From positions 390,570 to 454,569 of the forward strand of contig CAWDMN010000059.1 in assembly GCA_963803155.1 (NCBI GenBank): DNA of 64,000 nt, in the 5' to 3' direction. Below the pieces are notes generated by a model. That model ran no database searches and was not told where the DNA came from. It saw only the letters and a list, made by a program, of their open reading frames with translations. Shown here piece after piece: positions 1-9,695 of the stretch. The position numbers and the translations under genes were made by a program. The first letter of the stretch is position 1. Each line of letters begins with the position of its first letter. This DNA is from an uncultured Acidobacteriota bacterium. GTDB taxonomy: Bacteria > Acidobacteriota > Terriglobia > Versatilivoradales > Versatilivoraceae.

Positions 1-1485
1 AATATCGTTCAAGGCTAAATGACCGAGGAAAAAAACGGTGCCGTTGATGGGTGGCCCGGAGATGGCGGCAATCCCGTCCCCTTCGATAGAATATTTCACG
101 GTCTGAATTGGCCCCATCCCATTCATTTGCACAGTCAGAGTAATGATCCCTAAAGCGCCCGCGGGTACGGAAGTAATTTGCCATTGAACTAAATTGTTAA
201 CATTCGTTCCACCATTAGAGGAACTTATATAGGTTGTGCCCTCGGGAATGGGGTGACGAATTACCACATTATTGACCGACAAAGTGCCCGTGTTGGAATA
301 TTTGATCGTATAAACAATGGTGGATCCGCTGATGGAGGCCGTGGAAGTAATTGTCAATCCCGGAGCCAGACCCGGAGGTAAAAATCGAACTGCACCGGCG
401 CCACGGCCCAAAGCAGGGCCGTTCGAAATGGCTACAGCATAGACTCTAGCCTCAGTCGCTGTAAAAGGAGCTTTAATAAAAGCTGCGGGAAAATGATTAA
501 CGGGAGTGGAGGTGTCGGGGCTATTGCCCGTCACAATCGCCAGTTGACCGTCAGCGCTGATTCCAATATCCTCAAATCCCCAATTGGGATTAATTTTCAA
601 GGCAGTGGGGAGCGGGATCTCCTCATAGGCACTGCTCTGGTCATAAGGAGCCTTGATCGAAAATATTTTTGGAGCCCAGGCTCCACAAACGAGCGCCGTT
701 CTTCCGTCGGGAACTACAATGATCCCGTCCAATCCTAGGTTGGTCCCGCTAATTTCGATAATTTCCGGCGAGCTGGTGGCAGTAAAAGGCGCGGAAAAAA
801 CCAGGATTTCATTTCCAAAACGAGTAGTCAATAGTTTGGAACCATCTGGAGTAATGGCAATGGCGCCACTATTGGAATTGTCAGTCACTGGTATCGTGAA
901 GGCAACTGAGGCGTAAGGGGGATTGAGGACTGATACCCCCCCCGTATGATAAACAAAAGCAGTTCCTTCCGCGTCGAAAACAATGGCTTGAGTTTGCCAG
1001 GATTTTATAGCTCCAGGCAACGGGACTGCGGCAACTTGAGCCGCGGCATCGAAAGGAGCGGAAATCACACAAAGATTCGATGAAGTCTCACTGGAAGTTG
1101 CAGCACCCGCCGCCAGCGCATATTTGAGGCTCGGCGAAACGGCAATCGTTCCCGTCCCGGTATAGCCCGCCGACGACGTGTTGATCGTCGCCGCTACGGT
1201 CGCCGTGGATATTTGGACGACAAAAACCCGGCTATTGCCAAAATCGGAGATAAGGGCATTATTAGTGCCATAATAGGCGACTCCGTGAGGACTTGCCCCA
1301 GAGGGCAAATTAGATACAAAGATTTGGGCCGGAGTGGGAAGGTTTTGCGTCGGCGTTGGAAAGATCACCGCAAGATTCCCATCCCCCGCAGAACCCAGTA
1401 TGGCTTGGGCCTCAAGAGTAGAGATCCATGGATTGACGACTAACAGAGCCAGCACCCCGAACATCAGATACCAGTTTTTTTTCAT
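1..1485 (-). CDS. secreted repeat protein, partial (C-terminal end lies beyond window start)
   Basis: Absent from the ORF track because no stop codon lies in the window. Minus-strand translation from the ATG at 1485-1483 reads MKKNWYLMFGVLALLVVNPWISTLEAQA (signal-peptide-like). The frame stayed open wherever I spot-checked it down to base 1 (...GTVFFLGHLALNDI). The protein has Gly/Thr/Ser/Ala-rich repeats. The segment TIVYTIKYSNTGTLSVNNVVIRHPIPEGTTYISSSNGG resembles the DUF11-type conserved repeat. Confidence 0.6.
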   Translation of the reverse strand, partial: MKKNWYLMFGVLALLVVNPWISTLEAQAILGSAGDGNLAVIFPTPTQNLPTPAQIFVSNLPSGASPHGVAYYGTNNALISDFGNSRVFVVQISTATVAATINTSSAGYTGTGTIAVSPSLKYALAAGAATSSETSSNLCVISAPFDAAAQVAAVPLPGAIKSWQTQAIVFDAEGTAFVYHTGGVSVLNPPYASVAFTIPVTDNSNSGAIAITPDGSKLLTTRFGNEILVFSAPFTATSSPEIIEISGTNLGLDGIIVVPDGRTALVCGAWAPKIFSIKAPYDQSSAYEEIPLPTALKINPNWGFEDIGISADGQLAIVTGNSPDTSTPVNHFPAAFIKAPFTATEARVYAVAISNGPALGRGAGAVRFLPPGLAPGLTITSTASISGSTIVYTIKYSNTGTLSVNNVVIRHPIPEGTTYISSSNGGTNVNNLVQWQITSVPAGALGIITLTVQMNGMGPIQTVKYSIEGDGIAAISGPPINGTVFFLGHLALNDI

Positions 1486-2112
1486 AAGCGTTCCTCTCCC
1501 TTAAAAACACAAAGTATTCGAAGGATCTACAATTCAGCCAAGATGATGGAAATGAAGAGCAAGCCGTCTTTTTCCCTGCCACTCCAATAGAGCAACAGTA
1601 GAGCCTTTTGTTAATCGTGGAATAAACTGAAATTGTTCATGAGGCTCAGCGCAAATTAATGCCTCCAAAAAATGAATAAGCAGTAAAAACCGGGCTTTTG
1701 CCTGATCCATCTCATGAACAAACAAGATTGAAGGTGGTCTTAGGCCCATGGGGGAAAAAAATGGCCTCGTTCAAAGGAATTTGCTCTCTGAATTCCCCAA
1801 GCAAACGGGGGATGCGCAATCCTCACGGATCTTGTTATCGACAAATGGACCGACAAAGATTATATGGAAATGTTAAGGAACTATTAAGATTGGTCCCAAT
1901 TGCGGCCTGACCGGAATGGCGCTTACTTAAGAGAGATTTGCGCGTAGCCGTTCAGGGGGGGGTGACTGAACCCGAAAGCTTCACAGCCATTTGCCGGGTG
2001 TAAGGCCGTTGGGCCGCCACCCCCGGATATAGACAATAATAGAATCGACCCAGGGGGCGCGGATTGCAGAGGGGCTGCGATCCGTTAGGATCGGATTGGT
2101 TCGCTCTTTTGA

Positions 2113-2156
2113 CCGGTGGTTGAGCGTGTAACCACCCTCACACGCTCAACCTCCGG
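2113..2156. repeat. strong hairpin (17-bp stem, one mismatch, 10-nt loop)
   Basis: CCGGTGGTTGAGCGTGT (2113-2129) pairs with ACACGCTCAACCTCCGG (2140-2156). An alternative 7-bp stem, GGTGGTT/AACCACC, overlaps it. Confidence 0.7.
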
Positions 2157-2250
2157 CGAATCGCTGTGAACCCTCCGGGTTCCCCCCCCTGAGCGGTTAT
2201 ATTTGCTCTTCCCCTTCTGCGACTCATCTCCAAGAGGAGCAACTTGTTCC

Positions 2251-2340
2251 TTTTGGAATGCGCTGACACGTCAGCGTATTTCCTGGTCAGCTGACGGATC
2301 GCGCCAGAGGAAAGTGGCGTCGTGACGCCGCATTCCAAAA
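2251..2340. repeat. nested palindromic (REP-like) element
   Basis: The outer inverted repeat is TTTTGGAATGCG (2251-2262) with CGCATTCCAAAA (2329-2340). It encloses the hairpins CGCTGAC-AC-GTCAGCG and GGCGTC-GT-GACGCC and the 10-bp palindrome GTCAGCTGAC. Confidence 0.7.
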
Positions 2341-2651
2341 TCAGGGACAGATCCCTGATCTCAAGGGTTCGCTTAAGAAAGAACCATTCAGGTGTGACCA
2401 CAATCCGCACCAATCGTGCAATTCAGAAGTGCGACTTAAGTTCCGCCCAAGTTCAGTGCAGTATTTGAAAGCGTGCATTAGGAACAGCGGATTCTTTGGT
2501 GATGCTTGCCGCCCAGACAAAGTTCAGGCGTCTTGGAACAGGACCAAGCCGCCTTAAAACAAATTAAAACTTGCCGATTGAGATAGTTTTTAAGAGAATT
2601 TGCAATTCGTTTCGGAGGGAGTTGCTTTCATTCGAATCTAAGGAGCGCCTT

Positions 2652-3308
2652 ATGAATGTAGTCATTGTCGGAGCGGGGAAGGCCTGCCTTCTCTTACTGG
2701 ATTTTTTTTCTTCGCTGGAGGACGTTCGCGTTGTGGGTGTTGCCGATGTCCGCGCGGACGCCCCGGGCATTCTTTATGCGCGGGAAAAGGGGATCCAGAC
2801 CACGAACAACATGGACCTCTTAATCGATCGTCCTGAAGCAGATTTGGTGATGGAATTAACGGGAAGCTCCAAAGTCAAAGCCGCCATTGTAGAAAAGCTT
2901 CGTCCGGAGCAGCAGATCATCACGGCCAGCGGCGCCAAGCTGGTGTGCGACATGCTACAATCGCAAGGCCAGATCAAGGCGGCGGCCGCTCAGGCCATAT
3001 CGCAACAGTTCAGTCTCTCCTGCGCTCACCTGCAAAGCACGATTGATGGAATCAATTCAGCTCACGCCGAAGTGGAAAAGCTGCTTCGCGAAGCGGGCAT
3101 GGTTTCTCTCAATGCCCGAATTGAAGCTGCTGCCGGCAAGCTGGGTGACGCTTTCGGCGTGGTGGTGGATCGCATTCACGAGATGCTGGGCAGTGTTTCT
3201 CGGACGCTGAACAAGATCGCCCAGGCATCGGTTGAAAGCCAAAACACTTTGAACGACTTGAAGACGGCAGAGACCCGCTTGGTGGAAGAGTTTCAGCGAT
3301 CGGAATAA
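2652..3308 (+). CDS. Rossmann-fold (NAD-binding-like) domain fused to a short MCP-signalling-tip-like helical domain
   Basis: The ORF track gives 2571..3308 from a TTG. The ATG at 2652 is preceded by AAGGAG and is the likelier start. N-terminus: MNVVIVGAGKACLLLLD (GxGxxA dinucleotide fold). The C-terminal segment MVSLNARIEAAAGKLGDAFGVVVDRIHEML aligns by eye with [31 protein letters not shown] of the MCP at 12409-14517. Confidence 0.65.
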   Translation: MNVVIVGAGKACLLLLDFFSSLEDVRVVGVADVRADAPGILYAREKGIQTTNNMDLLIDRPEADLVMELTGSSKVKAAIVEKLRPEQQIITASGAKLVCDMLQSQGQIKAAAAQAISQQFSLSCAHLQSTIDGINSAHAEVEKLLREAGMVSLNARIEAAAGKLGDAFGVVVDRIHEMLGSVSRTLNKIAQASVESQNTLNDLKTAETRLVEEFQRSE

Positions 3309-3387
3309 ATATGACGACTCAACGTGGAGAACGGACTGCCGCACGCACCTTCGAGCGGGCAAGGGAACGATAAAGGCCGCCCATTAG

Positions 3388-3597
3388 TTAATTTGAAGAG
3401 GGCACCCTAGAATATTTTGCGGCGGCCAGGTCTGGTCTTTTTCTTTTTTTCAATTGTTCCTCCAATTCCTCCAGAGACTGGCTTGCTCCGAAACCTTGCC
3501 ACAGTCCCAATTTTTTGGCCACCGCAGCCAGACTCATTCCGGCCTGCCCGATTAGCCGCTTGATCATAACCCAGCAAGGAGTTGCCTGTTTGGCCAC
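3388..3597 (-). CDS. possible small HTH-like protein (weak)
   Basis: A 69-aa ORF with a GTG start. The segment MSLAAVAKKLGLW is vaguely HTH-like. A second overlapping frame (3407..3634) looks like junk. There is no strong RBS. Confidence 0.2.
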   Translation of the reverse strand: MAKQATPCWVMIKRLIGQAGMSLAAVAKKLGLWQGFGASQSLEELEEQLKKRKRPDLAAAKYSRVPSSN

Positions 3598-3699
3598 TCA
3601 TCCTTAAGAAGCCATAGTGGCACTCTCCACTCAATTATCTATTAGAGGTCTACTCCAAATTGCGCTCGAATATGCGGATATTAATAAATCACTCCCCAT

Positions 3700-3900
3700 T
3701 TACGAAGGTAGCAACACCTTCTTCACCCGTCCTATTGCTCCGCCAACCAAACGAACTTTGATTCCATGTGGATGAGTGGGGGAATTGGTAAGGATATCCT
3801 GAACGATGCCTTCCGTCAGTTTTCCGGAAGACTGATCTTGTTTCCGCACGACACAAACAGTCGCTCCCGGCTTGACATCGGTCCGATTCCGGCCATCCAT
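3700..3900 (-). CDS. ywbE: YwbE family small protein (DUF2196)
   Basis: A 66-aa ORF. The segment VCVVRKQDQSSGKLTEGIVQDILTNSPTHPHGIKVRLVGGAIGRV matches my memory of the YwbE signature (DQ.TG.LT.G.V..ILT.S..HP.GIKVRL..G.GRV). Confidence 0.8.
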   Translation of the reverse strand: MDGRNRTDVKPGATVCVVRKQDQSSGKLTEGIVQDILTNSPTHPHGIKVRLVGGAIGRVKKVLLPS

Positions 3901-4018
3901 CTCGCATTCCTATTCCGGCTCATTGGAAGAGCCGCAACCATTACATTCATTTTTTCATATCACCGGGCGTGAAATGGGTCTGGAGCCGCGCTTCACTTTT
4001 TATGATCGGACTGCAAAG

Positions 4019-4933
4019 CTACCTGCGCGGGCGGGGCGGATGGTTCGCCAGACGCCCATGGTACAGATCGGCGATAGCGTAGGTCACACCGATAAAAAAG
4101 GTCCAGCGCGGGTAATTGCCGTAGACGGCATAATAAGCGCCGAAGTCCAGGACCATCCATGATTTTAGAGTGTACGAGGGGGCGGCCAGCAATGTGAGCG
4201 TCGCTGGAGTATCCCGGTTGGCCCGGCTGAAGCTGGCAATTTCCGCTGTCGCGCCCCACTTCTTGGTGAAGGAAGTGGACCAGGAGAGCGCAGAAAAATA
4301 ATTGTGGTCATAGCCATTGGAGCCAACGCGGCCGAGATAGTTGGCGCCTTCGTTCGCGTCGAAATGCTGCTTGCCAAAATCCTTGCTGGCCAAAAACAAC
4401 AGTTGGTGGCCCGTTGCGCCGATGCCCAGGTCATTCCCTGCCGTAGGGAAAAACGCCGAATACAGAACGGAGAAGGTGGGCCGCGCCCCCTTTTGGGGAA
4501 AAACTTTCCATTTGAAGCCCGCGCCGGAATCACCCGTTGCAGCTACGCCTCCATCACGTTCGACAGGATTATTGAAGAGGCGAATTTCCAGGAGCTGGCA
4601 CAGGCCGAACTTCACCACCCCGTTGATATTCTGATGTCCCCGGCCGCCTTCGAAACCGTATTCGATTTCCAAAACGCCGCGCTGCACCGTTTCCGCCGTT
4701 GACGCTAGGGTCGGGCGGTTTGGAACAGCGGTGATCGCGTCCAAATTGTCCTCTTCCGGGGCCTGAGTTGGAGCGGGAGTTTGTGATTGAATTCCTCTTG
4801 AAGATTGTTCTGAAGTCTGGCTCTCTCCCCGCTGGCGCTCCTGCAACTGCCCAAAAGTCTGGGCGGCACACATTCCCGCCACGAAGAAGGTGATTATAAA
4901 TCTTGAAATTATGAATTTCTCCCATTCCCACAT
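4019..4933 (-). CDS. outer-membrane beta-barrel protein (MetA-pathway/phenol-degradation-like transporter family)
   Basis: A 304-aa ORF with an N-terminal signal-like helix (FIITFFVAGMCAAQTFG) and a low-complexity linker. This is followed by alternating beta-strand patterning that ends in aromatic-rich strands (WTFFIGVTYAI). Confidence 0.55.
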   Translation of the reverse strand: MWEWEKFIISRFIITFFVAGMCAAQTFGQLQERQRGESQTSEQSSRGIQSQTPAPTQAPEEDNLDAITAVPNRPTLASTAETVQRGVLEIEYGFEGGRGHQNINGVVKFGLCQLLEIRLFNNPVERDGGVAATGDSGAGFKWKVFPQKGARPTFSVLYSAFFPTAGNDLGIGATGHQLLFLASKDFGKQHFDANEGANYLGRVGSNGYDHNYFSALSWSTSFTKKWGATAEIASFSRANRDTPATLTLLAAPSYTLKSWMVLDFGAYYAVYGNYPRWTFFIGVTYAIADLYHGRLANHPPRPRR

Positions 4934-5112
4934 GTAAGAAATATATTTTAGAAACCATCAACATGCAAAGATTATTGGTCTACTAGTTGGTCCATTTGTG
5001 CATTTGGGCCAGATCTTCATTTGCAAATATTTGGATCTTATTTGCCACATTTTCCAGCGGAGCCACTCAGCGCTGCGATTTTCAAGCTGACGGACCTGGC
5101 TTTTTCAAAGAA

Positions 5113-6594
5113 CTATCTCGCGGGTTTCATTTCCCAAATGTCCAGACTTTTTACGAGGGCGCTGCCACCTTCTCTAAAGAGTTTTACCCCGAGGCTGTCT
5201 GCCCGAGTCGGATAAACCCGGCTGGTCAAGCAGACAGTATCGTTGGCAAAAACTTCTATTACGGATCGGTCCAGAAAGACCTGTAATTTCAGGATTCCTC
5301 CCGGCGCCAGACTCAATTTGCTGCTGAATGGAGTCGTGGCACATTCCGGATCCAGACTGGATTTTTCCCGATGAATCGTCAGTCTCCCATTATTTCGGTC
5401 ATACGCCAAAACGGTCTGCTCTTTTCCATCCGGTGAACAAAATAGCCTTACCCCTACGCGGGAATACCGGGAAAGCTTCAGCTGCATCATAATCTCCAGG
5501 GCATTCCCCCGAACCAAATCAGGCAACGAGGCAGTGGAGGGTTCAACAGTACGGTTGACGAAATTGGAATGTTTTCCCCGCAAGGCATGCAACTCCGGAA
5601 TCGGCTGGATTTGCAGCTTCCCATCCTGACGAAGCGTCAACTGGCGGGGGAGAGACTGAATTCCGGCCCAGCCCGCCTTGCGTTGCGCTTTTTCGCTGCG
5701 TCCTTCCCAACACCATCCGAAAATGATTCGGCGCTTCTGGCCATCTAGAAACGTTTGCGGAGCATAATAGTGGCCCCCATCATCGAGACAGCCTTCGGTC
5801 TCAGGAATGAACTTGTGATCTCGATACTGGCCAATAAAATAAATGCTTTTGCTCAGGGGGATGGGAGACACAATTAATACATACTTATCCCCCAGTGGAA
5901 AGAAGTTGGGGCATTCCCAAACCGTGCCCGTCTTTTCGGAATTCCCCATCAAAAGTGGATTGAGATATTTCCAATGGATTAAATCCGCGGATTCATAAAG
6001 CAGAACCGCGCCGCTGACTCCTTTCAATCCTGAACCCAATGCCATCATCCATTTTCCATTTTCCTTCCACACGCAGGGATCGCGGAATCCCGTCACTTCC
6101 AGTCCTGGAGGTGGTTCCGAAATAACAGGATTGCCGGAAAATTTTTCCCAACTCCGCAAACCGTCATGGCTCGTGGCCAGACACTGGACCTCCGGCATCG
6201 TGCCCGTGAAAACCAGCGTCGGAACCCCATGGTTGTCCACGGCACATCCGGAAAAGACCCCGTCTTTGTCAGGTCCTCCCGAAGTGGGGGCCATGGCAAT
6301 GGGCCAATGTCTCCAATGCATCATATCGGAGCTGACGGCATGCCCCCAATGCATGGTGCCCCAAAAAGCGCCGTTGGGATTGTATTGATAAAAGAGATGG
6401 TACTCACCCTTCCAAAAAATCAAGCCATTGGGATCGTTCATCCAATTGGCTGGGGGGAGGAAATGAAAAATCGGACGCTGAAGATCTCGATCCAGATTGG
6501 TGGCGCTTTGTTTTTGACTCCGTACGATTAACGGCATCCAAAACATGCTTTCGGCCACAAACAAGATAATTATGAGCAGATATGCTTTCTTCAT
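5113..6594 (-). CDS. glycoside hydrolase family 32 (beta-fructofuranosidase/invertase/levanase-like), secreted
   Basis: GH32 catalytic motifs are present: WMNDPNG (nucleophile Asp), FRDPCVW (RDP) and WECPNFF (EC acid/base). There is an N-terminal signal sequence. Confidence 0.9.
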   Translation of the reverse strand: MKKAYLLIIILFVAESMFWMPLIVRSQKQSATNLDRDLQRPIFHFLPPANWMNDPNGLIFWKGEYHLFYQYNPNGAFWGTMHWGHAVSSDMMHWRHWPIAMAPTSGGPDKDGVFSGCAVDNHGVPTLVFTGTMPEVQCLATSHDGLRSWEKFSGNPVISEPPPGLEVTGFRDPCVWKENGKWMMALGSGLKGVSGAVLLYESADLIHWKYLNPLLMGNSEKTGTVWECPNFFPLGDKYVLIVSPIPLSKSIYFIGQYRDHKFIPETEGCLDDGGHYYAPQTFLDGQKRRIIFGWCWEGRSEKAQRKAGWAGIQSLPRQLTLRQDGKLQIQPIPELHALRGKHSNFVNRTVEPSTASLPDLVRGNALEIMMQLKLSRYSRVGVRLFCSPDGKEQTVLAYDRNNGRLTIHREKSSLDPECATTPFSSKLSLAPGGILKLQVFLDRSVIEVFANDTVCLTSRVYPTRADSLGVKLFREGGSALVKSLDIWEMKPAR

Positions 6595-6715
6595 TGGAAA
6601 AGCTCCGGCAATGGAATATTTTCCTGTTATTCTTCATTTATTGTTTGCACTACAATGCAGTCTGGTTCCCGCCTCCCCGTGATGGCATTCACATGGATGA
6701 AGAACTCAACATGAA

Positions 6716-7297
6716 ATGGAATTGCCAATGATCAAAAAAATTTCCACTTTTTGGGCAGCATGTTTAGTGTGCCTTTTCTCCCTTTTTGTGTCAATTTCTC
6801 CCCCTTTTCTGGCGGGGAGCGCGTCCGTGACGAAAAAAACGAGCAGATCCATGATCTCCTTGACTCAAGTGGGGCAGCAGGTCCCGGCTTTTTCCATCAG
6901 GACTTTGAATGGCGATCTCTTTGATGTCGAAGCCAATCGGGGGAGACTGCTCTTGATCAATTTTTTTGCCACATGGTGTCCCCCATGCATTGCGGAGATG
7001 CCTCATCTGGAAAAAGAGATTTGGCAAGCGTTCAAATCCAATAATTTCAGGATGATTAGTATTGGGCGCGAGGAAACGGAACAAAAAATCCGCGGCTATG
7101 CCGAAAAGAATCATTTGACATTCACCTTTGCGGCCGACCCCCAGCGGGAGGTCTACAGCCAATTTGCCGAAGGGTTGATCCCCCGGACTTATCTCATTAG
7201 TCCCGATGGGAAGATATTGTTCCAATCCTCCGGGTACCGATCCAAGGATTTCAGGCAATTGCTGGAAATCATCAAGCGCGAATTGAACGGCAGATAA
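6716..7297 (+). CDS. TlpA/ResA-like thiol-disulfide oxidoreductase (thioredoxin fold)
   Basis: The WCPPC active site lies in the context LINFFATWCPPCIAEMP. An N-terminal membrane anchor/signal is present. Confidence 0.85.
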   Translation: MELPMIKKISTFWAACLVCLFSLFVSISPPFLAGSASVTKKTSRSMISLTQVGQQVPAFSIRTLNGDLFDVEANRGRLLLINFFATWCPPCIAEMPHLEKEIWQAFKSNNFRMISIGREETEQKIRGYAEKNHLTFTFAADPQREVYSQFAEGLIPRTYLISPDGKILFQSSGYRSKDFRQLLEIIKRELNGR

Positions 7298-7424
7298 GGA
7301 TTCACAAGGCATTTGTTGCCGTTAATTTTTTATCGACAACCACGATGGGGCCATGTAGAATCGGCATCGCTGGCCCAAAACTTTTTCCCTTTTTATCCTC
7401 CAAGAGGGTTCCAATCTCACTTTT

Positions 7425-9158
7425 ATGACAAACTTACTCTCTTTCTGCGCACAGGCCGCGGTTTCCTCCAAGTTGCTTTCCTTGGGTACGGTGGACATTC
7501 TGATCATCGTCATTTACTTCGGCATCGTACTGGGGATCGGTTTTTACCTGAAAAATTACACTAAAACCGGCGAAGATTTTTTCATGGCTGGCCGCGAAAT
7601 GACCGCCTGGGTGGCCGGACTGAGTTTTGTAGCCGCCAACCTTGGCTCGCTGGAGCTCATGGGCTGGGCCGCGGCCGCTTACCAATACGGCATCCTGGCC
7701 ACTCACTGGTACTGGGTTGGAGCCATTCCCGCCATGCTGTTTCTTAGCGTGGTGATGATGCCTTTTTATTACATCTGCAAAACCCACTCCGTGCCAGGAT
7801 ATTTGAAGCTGCGTTTTGGAGGAGCTAGCAGCACTCTTTCCGCGGTTAGTTTCGGTTTCATGACGGTTTTGATGAGCGGCATCAACATGTACTCCATGGC
7901 TCTGGTGATGAAAGTGGTCTTGGGCTGGGATATTCATTTCAGCATCTGGGTTTCCTCCCTGACCGTTGGGGTATACGTCGTCTTGGGCGGACTGCTCTCC
8001 GCCATTTTCAATGAGGTGTTGCAGTTCTTCCTCATCTGGCTGGGCGCTCTGCTTATTCCCATTATCGGATTGATTGAATCGGGCGGGTGGAATGGCATGG
8101 TGGCTCGTATTAATCAGAATTTCCCCGGGGGCGATTTCACTCACCTCTGGCGCACCATGTATCACTTCACCGACAATCCCATGGGAATTCATTGGACGGG
8201 AATTGTCTTTGGACTGGGATTTGTCATTTCTTTCGGATATTGGACGACCGATTTTCTCGTCGTACAGCGCGTGCTCTCCGCCAAGGATTTGCGTTCCGCC
8301 AAAATGGCTCCAATCATTGGCGCCGCTTTTAAGATGTGCGTCCCCTTCATCGTGATTCTTCCCGGCCTGCTTGGACTGGCCGTTTTGAGAGATCATGATG
8401 GCAACCTGATCCGTCTGATGGGTGAAGGTCAGGCTGTTGCGACGGGTGGCCACAGTTATAACGAAGTGCTGCCCCTGATGCTGGCCCGGTATTGCGGACC
8501 TGGGCTGCTGGGCCTGGGCATCACGGCGCTGATTGCCGGGTTCATGTCCGGAATGGCAGGCAACGTCAGCGCTTTTGCCACCGTCTGGACTTATGACATC
8601 TACCGTCCCTTCGCCAAGAACAAGGATGACGCTCACTATGTCAAAGTGGGCCGCTGGTGCACAATCCTGGGAGTGCTGGTCAGCATCGGCACGGCCTATC
8701 TCGTGATGCAGTTTTTAAGCATCATGGATTACGTCCAGGCGCTCTTCAGCTTCTTTATCGCTCCATTGCTCGGCACGGTGTTGCTCGGGATGCTTTGGAA
8801 ACGAGCCACTCCGGCGGGAGGATTTTGCGGGTTGCTGGCGGGAACAGTCTCTTCCATTGGCATGTGGGCATGGGTCAAGGTAGACCCTTCCGCGCTGCAG
8901 TACATTGCCTTGTCTCCCCACGCCAAAGACATGGCGGAGAATATGTATCGTGCGCTCTGGTGCTGGTGCATTGGAGTGCTGGTAACGGTGGTGGTCAGCT
9001 ATTTGACCAAACCGAAAGCGGAATCTGAATTGGTGGGTCTTGTCTATGGTTGTACCAAGATCCCTTCCGAAGGACACCTGCCGGTTTATAAACGTTCCAT
9101 CTTCTGGGCCTGTGTAGTGTTCGTCGTGTTTTTGATCTTGAACTTTATATTCTGGTAA
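7425..9158 (+). CDS. sodium:solute symporter (SSS family, SGLT-like)
   Basis: A 577-aa polytopic membrane protein. The N-terminal segment YFLAGREMTAWVAGLSFVAANLGS and the overall layout are typical of SSS transporters. Confidence 0.9.
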   Translation: MTNLLSFCAQAAVSSKLLSLGTVDILIIVIYFGIVLGIGFYLKNYTKTGEDFFMAGREMTAWVAGLSFVAANLGSLELMGWAAAAYQYGILATHWYWVGAIPAMLFLSVVMMPFYYICKTHSVPGYLKLRFGGASSTLSAVSFGFMTVLMSGINMYSMALVMKVVLGWDIHFSIWVSSLTVGVYVVLGGLLSAIFNEVLQFFLIWLGALLIPIIGLIESGGWNGMVARINQNFPGGDFTHLWRTMYHFTDNPMGIHWTGIVFGLGFVISFGYWTTDFLVVQRVLSAKDLRSAKMAPIIGAAFKMCVPFIVILPGLLGLAVLRDHDGNLIRLMGEGQAVATGGHSYNEVLPLMLARYCGPGLLGLGITALIAGFMSGMAGNVSAFATVWTYDIYRPFAKNKDDAHYVKVGRWCTILGVLVSIGTAYLVMQFLSIMDYVQALFSFFIAPLLGTVLLGMLWKRATPAGGFCGLLAGTVSSIGMWAWVKVDPSALQYIALSPHAKDMAENMYRALWCWCIGVLVTVVVSYLTKPKAESELVGLVYGCTKIPSEGHLPVYKRSIFWACVVFVVFLILNFIFW

Positions 9159-9227
9159 AAAGGAAGAGCGGCGGCTGTTCTGCCTTCATCCCGGAATTTT
9201 ATTCTCTAGTGGAAAGCGGGAGCGAGA

Positions 9228-9443
9228 ATGACTGAAAAGCACTTTATTTCCATCTGGTTTTTTATAGGGACAATCCTGACCATCTATGGATTCCTAATCC
9301 TGGGGGCGGGAATTTACACCTATTTCATTCCCCCAGCCACACCCGTGGTGATGCAGAACATGCATGCCGGGATTTGGTGGGGGATATTGCTTTTGATTAT
9401 GGGCCTTTTGTACACTGTCAAATTTTTCCCAAAAAAAACTTAA
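9228..9443 (+). CDS. small two-helix membrane protein
   Basis: A 71-aa ORF with two clear hydrophobic helices, located directly downstream of the symporter gene. Confidence 0.5.
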   Translation: MTEKHFISIWFFIGTILTIYGFLILGAGIYTYFIPPATPVVMQNMHAGIWWGILLLIMGLLYTVKFFPKKT

Positions 9444-9695
9444 TCAAGGGGAAGCTATCTTCCCCCATCCGTTTCCTCCCTTGGAGTTTCTTCTAGTCTG
9501 AGCTTTCGGTGAAAGTGCCCGCCCATCCCGCAAATTCACGGGATGGGGACACGCCATCCTGTTGATTCTGCCGATAATTTCGCCTACCCCCCCAAATATA
9601 GACCCCATTCCTTCTCCCTTATAAGCTATAATGTTTGTTTTTGTCCTTGGCGGTTCTCTTTGATTAGGCTGCCGGACGGTTATTAAGGAGAATGA

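Noticed and set aside
2138-2413. A 91-aa minus-strand ORF.
   Set aside because: It runs entirely through nested palindromic repeats and has no RBS. The peptide resembles recurrent artefactual repeat-derived proteins.
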